Assembly: GCF_037042905.1 (NCBI RefSeq)
Contig: NC_087250.1
Location: 24,306,001-24,370,000 of the forward strand
Reading direction: 5' to 3'
Length of the DNA: 64,000 nucleotides
DNA from: Lytechinus pictus
Taxonomy: Eukaryota
Shown: positions 54,964 to 64,000 of the stretch, piece after piece
Layout: every line of letters starts with the position of its first letter
How positions within the stretch are numbered: the stretch's first letter is position 1
Notes under the pieces: generated by a model
The model's database searches: none
What the model was told of the DNA's origin: nothing
What the model saw: only the letters and a program-made list of their open reading frames with translations
Translations under genes and position numbers: made by a program

Positions 54964-55511
54964 AACGCTGAGCTTCCCCCCTCGCGGAACCCTCATGCAG
55001 GACAACCCAAGGCGAGAGTCGTTCTTCTATATCTGGGAGCAGCCTCTCACAAGATTCAGAGGATTTTGAGAGAAGCCGACATTGAGGTTCGTCATAGTTC
55101 CTCAAATAAGCTTCAATCTGCCCTCACTACCCATAAGGACAAGCGCAACTCCAAGGACCTCCCTGGAGTTTACCGAATTCCTTGTGAATGCGGTAAAGTT
55201 TACATCGGAGAGACGGGTCGTTCCTTTAACACTCGGATTAAGGAACACAAGGCCCATGGTAGGAGAGACGAGAGGGACAAATCTGCAATCATCGATCATG
55301 CCCATACGCATGATCACCTGATTCTTTGGGATGAGAGTAGACTGGTCACCCGTGTCCCCTACTGGCATCAGCGGAGAGTCAGAGAAGCGTTGGAGATTGA
55401 GGAACATAACACTGTTCCTCAAGACAGCGGCCTCCAACTCAGCAATATCTGGCTTACCGTTCTAGACAAAGAGGCTAATTTGCCTAATTAGCCTACCCGG
55501 ACGTTCCACAC
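54964..55511 (+). mobile_element. Penelope-like element, 5'-truncated: linker plus GIY-YIG endonuclease
   Basis: Frame open from 54964: ...VVLLYLGAASHKIQRILREADIEV...GVYRIPCECGKVYIGETGRSFNTRIKEH...SAIIDH...REALEI; stop at 55491. Confidence 0.9.
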
Positions 55512-56305
55512 TAGTCTAGTTCTAGACGATATTAAACGAATTTGTTTTCACCGATATATACGTTCTATTCCGTGCGTACGCCCCGCCGAGTGTGCGCGCA
55601 AAACCGAGAACCTGTACTCCGAGAAAAATATCGTCTAGAACAGTTGCTCAGCGGTGACGTCAGAGGTCAAAGGTCAACGGACGAGTGCTCATGAATATGC
55701 ATGAGTTACTTGTCAATCTCGCTGCGCCGAACCGTTGTTTACGTTTTGCACTCGTTATTTGCATACATTGTGCACGTGGGATTGATGTAGTATATCTATG
55801 CAGGGACGTGAGCGTCCGTGATCTATGTGATGTAAATACATGTACATGTATCATACGACAGTTTGAGATAGTTCATTACTTTTAAGGCTACAAATAGAAA
55901 TTTCATTGTTGGGAAATTACTGTTACATGCATAATAGTTATTTCACTCTATGTGCATATCTTGGTTAAATCTGTGGGTATGATGTTACCATCATGATATA
56001 TGAAAGAAGGTGCTAATGTACCAAATTTCAAACTTCAAAACAATACAGACTATAGTTTTTCCACTTTACTCAGATGGAATAATTAATGTACATGTTTGAA
56101 TGATATATTTTATATTCTTCTTCATCTACACATGTAATTACATAAAGGCATTTTGTCTTAGTATGGGTATTGAAAATTCAGACTCATACATGTAATTAAA
56201 CTCTCATTCTTGTGAATGGATCACATCACGTACGGTACATTTTACTGTGGGCACTTGTAAATATATCATTTTCAAAGTCTTCTTCACATATTTCACTGTC
56301 AAAGA

Positions 56306-58491
56306 CATGGGTGTCGATCACGGGGGGGGGGGGGGGGATGGGGGGATATATCCCCCCCCTAATATTTCAAGTGGGGGATGGCCTGTATTATCATCCCCCC
56401 AATAATTTAGGGTAGAAAAATTATAATAATGATGATGAAAAATGAAAAAGTATGATCATGATAATTATAGTGATGATTATAGTATGCCATCAATCAGTTT
56501 GTTTCCGTCGCAATGTGTGTATGTTGTTATTAAATAAAAACATTATTTTCCAGGACTTTAAAACAGATGGGTGGAGGTTCAAGATGACAAAAATTTAAAT
56601 GTTTATGTAAGTTTTAACACATGACATAAAAGGACCCCGACGAACTAAAAACAACTTTTGTTGATAGGGTGTTCTATCCCACCAGGTAGTGGTGAATAAA
56701 TACATTTTAATAAATCAATTAATTCAAAAGGGTGGAAAAATAAACGGGAGTAAAAGGGTGGCAAGATAAACAGGGAAAACCCCATGGACGTAAATCCCAG
56801 AGGGATAAATTTTGAAAAAGTACAAATAACTTTTCTCAGATTTACCCCTCCCACATCCAAGTGCATGATGTTTGTTCCATTTAATCTACAACCCTTTTGA
56901 ATATCACTTCCTTTTTGTTATGTAAAATAAGTAAATCGCCAGGGATCGCCGCTCATAAAAAGTTATTTGCAATGAGGTCTGACATGAGGCGAAAGATTTT
57001 CGGACATTATTGAGACTACCTGAAATAGATGTTGTTCTATTTCACCCTTTTTCTTATTCATTCCCAGAAAATTCAGAGAAAAAGAAAAATACCTTTGCGT
57101 TTCTATAGAGTATAGGCTTATCACTTCATTTATTTGCCTGGTTATACACACTTTACCGATGTATGTCATGTTAGTATATTAAGTTCGGCATTCAGTAAAC
57201 CTTTGAACAAGAAAATATACCAAAAGCAAGATGTGCACAAAACGAAAGTCACCCCTACTTGTATATCCAAATACCTTGACTTGAACCATGGACCTAGTAG
57301 GTCCATGCTTGAACGATAACTTTTGGTCAATAATATTTTGCAGGAGAGCATCGATGTCCTCATTATCTATCTATGTGGAAATGAGGTGCCTATAGTCATG
57401 AAAGAGTGAGCCCACATCAAATGCAAAAATTTCACTTTAAAAAAGTCATAATATATAGTCGTTTGGTGATCAGTAGCTCATATATGGTGCCTTTGTTGTA
57501 TGCGGTTGGATGTAATTGATATTAAAACATTTTATCATGTGACCCCATCAGATACCTCTCATGAAAATATTGAGGTTCAGTGAGCTCAATATAATATGAT
57601 CATATTTTTACAAATGTTTTAATAAGTGAAATCAATTGATGGTTTCAGAAAGAATAATCATTCATTCTCTCTAAAGCGGATATGAGGATATGAACATCGG
57701 ATGGTTTTTTTTTCATGTTATTCTTGTTATTGTTATGGACTTGAATAACTAAACTTGATTATTTTTTTCTTATTTTGGCAAAAAGAAATATTTTTTGAGT
57801 TTGGAAAAGGATGGCAGTTTTACATTCTATATGAGCACACTCATGCGGTACGTAAATTTCATTGTAACACATAATGTATATTAGCTGATATTACACACTG
57901 ATCATGCTGATGGTTCAAGAAAATGTTGGAGAAATATCATGACATGACAGTTGAGTTTTGATTGTTTTAATGTTTGTTTTTGTTTCATGCACTTATAAAG
58001 TATTTAAAACATGTTAAAATCCAGGGTTAAAATCGTCTAAGGAATGACGGTAAGCCCGATGGCACACGAGAAGCCACACAGTTTGTAATTTGTGCTAATC
58101 TTATATTTTTTGTCCGAATGTGCATTTTATCATCATGCATTAAGAAGAAAAAAGATATTGCCAGTCGGGTTAGATTTAAGAGAGAAGTTGTATACATTAT
58201 GCTCAATAAACATATCACTTTGTACATGGTCCAGACATTTTTTGTCATTTTTCTTTCGTATGGGTTTATAATAAGCTTACTTGTAACACAAATTGAATTT
58301 AAAAAAAAATTATATAAGTAAAGTACACTGCAACAATTAAGCAATTTCCAAGAACACCATGCATATCAACCACTCTCAAATGTCCTAACTTGTGAATTTA
58401 GTGGGGGTAATGTTGAAAGATCCCCATCCACAAGAACATTTGTGTCAATCACCCCCCCCCCCCCAACCAAGAATACCGATCGACACCCATG
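56306..58491. mobile_element. Nested CATGGGTGTCGATC-ended element (hAT-like)
   Basis: 14-bp TIR CATGGGTGTCGATC/GATCGACACCCATG; degenerate 8-bp flanks gtcaaaga/ggcagaga. Confidence 0.6.
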
Positions 58492-59816
58492 GGCAGAGAG
58501 TATGACAAAAAGGGTTGAGAAGTACATGTACTTTGTACAGATTAGTACAGAGCTGTGAAAGGGATAAGGAAAACAGAATAAAAATCATTATTGATTTTTA
58601 AAAGTAGATTAATCTCACAAATGCGGATTTTGATGCGTGCATCAGATTTTGGAAGAAAATCTTTGCAATTGTCCTTAGAACTTTTAGTTTATTTATTTAC
58701 TTTACATGGACATATAGATAATGCGTACAATTATTTTTTGTTGTTCAGCTACATTATTATCTAGCTACAGGTAGCCAGGAAATGATATTGCCAATGATGT
58801 ACACGAAGCCTCTTCGATAAAGACCCTGACCGGTGTAAAAACAATCATATATTAAAATAAAGGTAATGATTCTTCCAATAGTTAAAAATATTAAATAAAA
58901 ATCAAAGAAACTACTCCTCCAAAGTACGCTTCGATTGAGCACCCCCATGTCGCCTGGAAATGATGACGTCACGTTGTGTCAGGAGGGTTGTGATTCTGTA
59001 GGTTTGTGTACAAAAGCATTGGGTATTTTCTTCCATTTCCATGTTATGAATCCATTTTTTTTTCGTTTTCAGATGAAAATGGCACTCAAAATTATTCACT
59101 GTTCAAATTGTTGTAAACCTACAACTATTCACTACCTTTTTTGTGATTTCTTTGTTTGGCTCTTATTGGGCCTAAATTGCTATGTCAGGAAAAGTTATTA
59201 TACATAATCTAAATGCAGATAGAATTGAAATTTGCGCCAAGTAAGCAGGAAATAAATATGGCAAAAACTAGTTCAAAACTGTAGATTTCATAATTTCAAG
59301 CTTGTGGGTAAAAATATATGTGATATCCCTCTGTGATAGAAGTGAAGAGAATGAAATGCGTTATCTGGAAAGCAAAAAAATCACCCTGTTTTTCTGTGTA
59401 CAAACCTATGGAATCACAACGCTTCTTACACAACGTGACGTCACGGTCTCGAGGCAGGTGAAAAGCACAATAAAGCCTATTTTCTAAGCGGGGTTCGAAG
59501 GCCGATAATTGGAATATTCTTAAGCAAATTACTCAGCTGGGAAGCGGTGAAAATTAATATAGCATACCTTGCTGTATTTAGTAGCTTATAAGCTTTCGAT
59601 TGGTATATAATTTATCAATTTCATTTCGGGTCCGGTCTGGATCTATAAATAAACTTGAAGGCACATTTTCTCATTACCTTTGAAGTACAGTATTTATGAA
59701 ATATATTTTTTGCAGCCATTATGAAAGAGCGTTATGTTCAGATCTACATGTACCTTGCCAGTTAATTAAATTGCTAGTAACTATTCGTTTGCAGTGTAAC
59801 TTTTACATGTAGTTTG

Positions 59817-60603
59817 CATAGGCGGATCCAGCTTTTGGCGAAAGGGGGGGGGGGGGGCACCGCCGAGCGGCGCACATATTTTTGCACCATAAAAGAAAAT
59901 GTTGAAAAAGGGGTAAAGTCTGACCCTGTCAAATGCTCTTTTCAAAATGTAGGATTTCCAGTCATGCCATTTTGCATGACCACACGCAGATAATATTTCC
60001 GGGGGGGGGGGGGGGGGGGCAAAACTCGAACATATTTTTGAAAAATAAAAATAAAAACGATAGAGTAAACGGACCGAGCTGCTCATGCGGCGATTATTTT
60101 TTTTATAAAGTGTAATAAAAGTATTTGGTACACATCTCACATTTGCACATTTTTCATAGTTTTCATGAAATGTTAAGGGAAAAAATGTGTTTTCACAACA
60201 ACTGATCGGGAATTTGCCCCCCCCCCTTCCCCCTTGCTGCGTACGACCATTCCCTGAAATCCACTTAAACATATATCATTACAACATAAAATATACATGA
60301 ATTTAGACATATAATCTTTCTTAGACATATATAGAGAGAGATTGAAAAACTTATTAAAGAAAGAAACAAGCAAAAAGTAACACAAATTATGCATGTTATG
60401 TGCGATTTCAAAATCTCGTGTCCCAACCCTTTTATTGCGATGAGGCCAATACTTGTGTATATTAATTGAGATGCAATTTTTTTTACTATATATACACAGG
60501 GGCGTCGATCCTTTTTTTCACATTGGGGGGGGGGGGGGCAAAATCATAAATCAACTTTCCAACGGCGCTCGATCACACAAAACAAACAAACTCACACACA
60601 CTC

Positions 60604-60637
<34 letters not shown>

Positions 60638-61155
60638 CTGAAATTTTTTAGTAAACTGACCTGAAAATAGGAAAAAGGTGCCTTTTAAAGACTGTTTGTA
60701 GTAACTCATGAGGAGAATACATATCTCACTACACAGATAATGCGAGTGCCGAGGGCGAGCTGAAATTTCTTTATATTCTGACCAGAAAGCTTGATATCCT
60801 CTGCATTTTGGTACCTATGATTAAGATGGGTATCTAAAAAAGACAAAACATGCGAGCGCAAAGCGCGAGCTTAAAATTTCGATCTGAAAAAAAAATGACA
60901 GTTTAATGGACGTTTTTAATAAAGAACAAGATTATATCCAACAAAAGATTATTGCAAATCGAAGCGGGACTTCTTTTGAGGTTTAGAACTGAGAACGGGA
61001 CATTCTATTCACCTATTTAATCATGAAAAGTATGGGGTTTTGCTACAGAAATGGTGCGAGCGCGAAGCGCGTGCTGAAAATTTTTGTATTCCAATCTGAA
61101 AAGCGGACAATTTGAGCACGATTTTAAACAAAGAACGAGTCGTGTAGCTCAATAT
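59817..61155. repeat. Inverted copy of ~25215-26531
   Basis: Colinear reverse-complement match starting CATAGGCGGATCCAGCTTTTGGCG and including the (TA)n tract. Confidence 0.85.
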
Positions 61156-61722
61156 CGCTTGCTGATTTCTGTGTAACATTACCATCTTATTTTATTTTTG
61201 TACATGCGGAATTATTGGAGGAGGGGGGGGGGGGGGGGGCAAAACGATATGTTTGCCCCCCCCCCCAATTATTTCTATTGGTGGGGCGAAGGACTATCTT
61301 GGCCCCCTGACGAGCTTGAAAAAAAAGCCTTTTTTGCCCCCTGACGAGCTTGAAGACCTTTTTTTTGTTTTGCTTGTCAATTTTTTTTCCAGGTACGAAG
61401 TCCTTTATTTGTGATTGAAGACTTTTTTTTTGCTTGTCAATTTTTTTGGCGGACGGTTTTGCCCCCCCCCCCTGTGGAAAATTCCAGGTACGCCACTGTT
61501 TAAAGTGCTATACTGTACGTACAAATATGACCGACTTGTGAGTTTTGTTTTGGTCATGGTTCTTTAGGATTTTTTTGTTCCAGAGAGAGTTTACTCAGTC
61601 AACTTCAATAAATGCAAAAGGGAGACAATTACTGTATTCTTGTTCTACTGCAAATTCCAATTATTGTTTGGTCAGCCATATTATGAAAGAACAGTACATT
61701 TCAGATCAAACTTGCCAATTAA

Positions 61723-62309
61723 AGGACAAGTCCACCCCAACAAACTGACTTGAATAGATAAAGAAAAATCAAACAAACATAACTCTGAAAATTTCATCAA
61801 AATTGGATGTAAAATAAGAAAGTTATAACAATTTCAAGTTTCGCTTAATTTTTCAAAACAGTTATATGCACATCTTAGTCAGCATGCAAATGAGGGGACC
61901 GATGACATCATTCACTTACTATTTCTTTTGTATTTTATTTTATGAAATATTTTGATTTTCTCGTCATTGTCTGTTAAAAAAGTTTCATTCCTCCCTGAAC
62001 ACATGTAATTCCATTATTCTAACATTTTGTGGTTCGAGCAAAGGGGCACTAATATTATCGAATTCGTAAAAATTGAAATATTGTATTATTCAAACAAAAA
62101 CAAAAGAAATAGTGAGTGAGTGACATCATCGTCTCTCTCATTTGCATATCACCGAGTTGAGTATAGAACTGTTTTGTGAAAAATAAGCCAAATTTTAAAA
62201 TGTCGTAACTCTCTTATTTTACATCCGGTTTTGATGAAATTTTCACCATTATTCAAGTTTGATTTGTCTCTATTTATTCAAATCATTTTTTCTGGGGTGG
62301 ACTTGACCT
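61723..62309. mobile_element. TTAA-site MITE (family of 3801-4403)
   Basis: ttaa|AGGACAAGTCCACCCCA...TGGGGTGGACTTGACCT|ttaa. Confidence 0.82.
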
Positions 62310-63693
62310 TTAATGACTTTGACATTATTTTCCTGCTATATATTACTGTCATGCGAACAAAAGAAGCAATTCTGTGGAACAAGTTTATGAGGAAATGTGT
62401 AAAATTGTCATTGTCATTTTACATGTGGAAATATAGAATTTCTTGCTTTTTAAGTGACTCCATTTAGGAAACTTGGGGCCATGTGACTTCAATTAAACTG
62501 GCATCATGAAGAAATTACATAATTAACCCAAATCAAGGGGAGTGTCAATTTTGAAGGATATAAAGTTGCTACCCTCTTTCCATATACATGTATACCCAGT
62601 AGGTATATTCAAGAAGACATCGTGGCCTCGGAGGAAACTTTCGAGAGCTTTGTTCTGTTGGATCTTCAAAGTCGTTGTTCCCAACTGTTTGGACATATGC
62701 AGGATGGAATCTCTGATAGAATGACGTTAATTACCCGTCGCCATCACACCATATATGAAAAAAACGAAGATATATGTGATCAAGACTTGTCTGATTTGGT
62801 AAACACGCAAGAAACTGAATTTGGAAACCGCGCGCTGTATAATTATGTATAGGCCTACAGTACACAATACAACCAGGGAGTTGGGAGTCTCCCTGATACA
62901 ACATCACGGCAGACGGTACAGTACACAAGTCTATGGCTAATGTTGTGCTGATTTGTGCGATCCGATTGATTATGTGTGTGTGTGTATTGTATATGTAATC
63001 TATATACGATAGTCTACGCTCAAAAACCTTATTGTAGGTATCAGGGGAAACATACACGATCCGATTCATTTATGATGTTTTTGTGTGTTTAATTTGATTT
63101 CTTTTATAAATTATTTACAACAAAAAGTCCTTTCTTAGGTAATTAATATTCATTTTATCGGTAGATCACACCATATTTCTCAACCCAGTAATCTTCCCTG
63201 CTGTTAACAAAGACTAGCGGCTGAACGGGAGGCGTGTCCACTTTTAACGACTTTCCCTCAAAAATCTGAGGGAGTGACGTCACCGCTGAGCAACTGTTCT
63301 AGACGATATTTTTCTCGGAGTACAGGTTCTCGGTTTTGCGCGCACACTCGGCGGGGCGTACGCACGGAATAGAACGTATATATCGGTGAAAACAAATTCG
63401 TTTAATATCGTCTAGAACTAGACTAGTTCCACACACGTGTGAGCACTGCAGTGCGTGGGCGGAAGTGGTGACTTTTGTCATTCATGCTAATCCTAGCGGG
63501 AATGATAACTGACAGCATTTCCGGTCATCGCTGGTTTTGCGCGCCCAATTTTGTGTGTTGTCACCCACGTCCGCATAAGTGGATGTCATGTGACTTTTCT
63601 AACCAATCAGAGACATGTACCCTGCGAGATACCGTGCATACGGCACTTCGACAGAGTATATAAGGCCTGCTTTTACAAACTTTGCTCATTCTC

Positions 63694-63825
63694 TGACAGG
63701 TCAGACTAGTCTATAACGCCGAGGACATTGATGCGGGAATTAAGCAACTAACTCGGAAACGACCTGGCGCAGATAATCTACCAGATTGAAGAGCGCCAAC
63801 TTAACTCCAACACCAACCAACCAAC
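63694..63825 (+). mobile_element. 132-bp 3' stub of the same I-group LINE, with 14-bp TSD
   Basis: Matches 1380-1505; flanked by CTTTGCTCATTCTC at 63680-63693 and 63826-63839. Confidence 0.85.
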
Positions 63826-63830
63826 CTTTG

Positions 63831-63882
63831 CTCATTCTCCTGAGGACGACAAGAACACAGTTGTCGAAACGTCGAGATTGGG
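63831..63882 (+). ncRNA. Minimal type I hammerhead ribozyme (copy 2)
   Basis: CTGAGGA 63840-63846, stem II gacaa/ttgtc, GAAACGTC 63866-63873, stem I as in copy 1. Confidence 0.85.
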
Positions 63883-64000
63883 TGGTCCTTTTCAGGACCA
63901 ACATCTGCCCAAGAAAGATACATGGTGTACCGTGAAACCTACTACACTATGACATCATATATGATGAGAAATTACATATTTCTTTACGAATCATGTTTTC

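Larger units (their letters stand above)
55512..63425. mobile_element. 7.9-kb non-autonomous DNA transposon, 151-bp TIRs, 9-bp TSD (AcademH- or MULE-like)
   Basis: TIRs 55512-55662 and 63275-63425 (TAGTCTAG...CTAGACTA) appear perfect; GTTCCACAC at 55503-55511 and 63426-63434; no transposase ORF recognised. Confidence 0.92.
63426..63953 (+). mobile_element. Penelope-like element 3' region/pseudo-LTR (copy 2) with CCAAT and TATA boxes
   Basis: Continuous with 55511 across the TSD; CCAAT at 63603, TATATAA at 63657-63663, then the hammerhead. Confidence 0.82.

Noticed and set aside
55066..55491. GIY-YIG ORF as a UvrC/homing endonuclease or host gene
   Set aside because: The linker motif, CxC spacing and downstream pLTR with hammerhead indicate a Penelope-like element.

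Overview
Eukaryotic, repeat-dense genomic DNA from an invertebrate animal; the repeat repertoire suggests an echinoderm such as a sea urchin (inference only). The only host genes I can support are calponin/transgelin-family (myophilin/MP20-like) genes on the + strand. One is an orphan last coding exon at 3042-3257. The other is exons 1-4 of a second copy (26681-26725, 35868-36040, 44686-44752, 52822-52926; all GT-AG and phase-consistent), whose last exon should lie just beyond the window. The last ~300 bp of the window repeat 1380-1660, implying a ~62.3-kb tandem duplication or two adjacent haplotypes. Most of the rest is nested transposable elements: I-group, L2 and Crack-like LINEs, a Penelope-like element with a minimal hammerhead ribozyme, a 4.3-kb foldback palindrome, a 7.9-kb element with 151-bp TIRs and many MITEs. 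Most notable: (i) a candidate 7SL-RNA-headed SINE with a B box, Deu-like segment and (CA)n tail at 45144-45333; (ii) an I-group LINE inserted at the same site just 5' of the hammerhead in both duplicate copies but with different lengths; (iii) the foldback; (iv) inverted MITEs bracketing exon 2. All calls were made by eye, without database searches.
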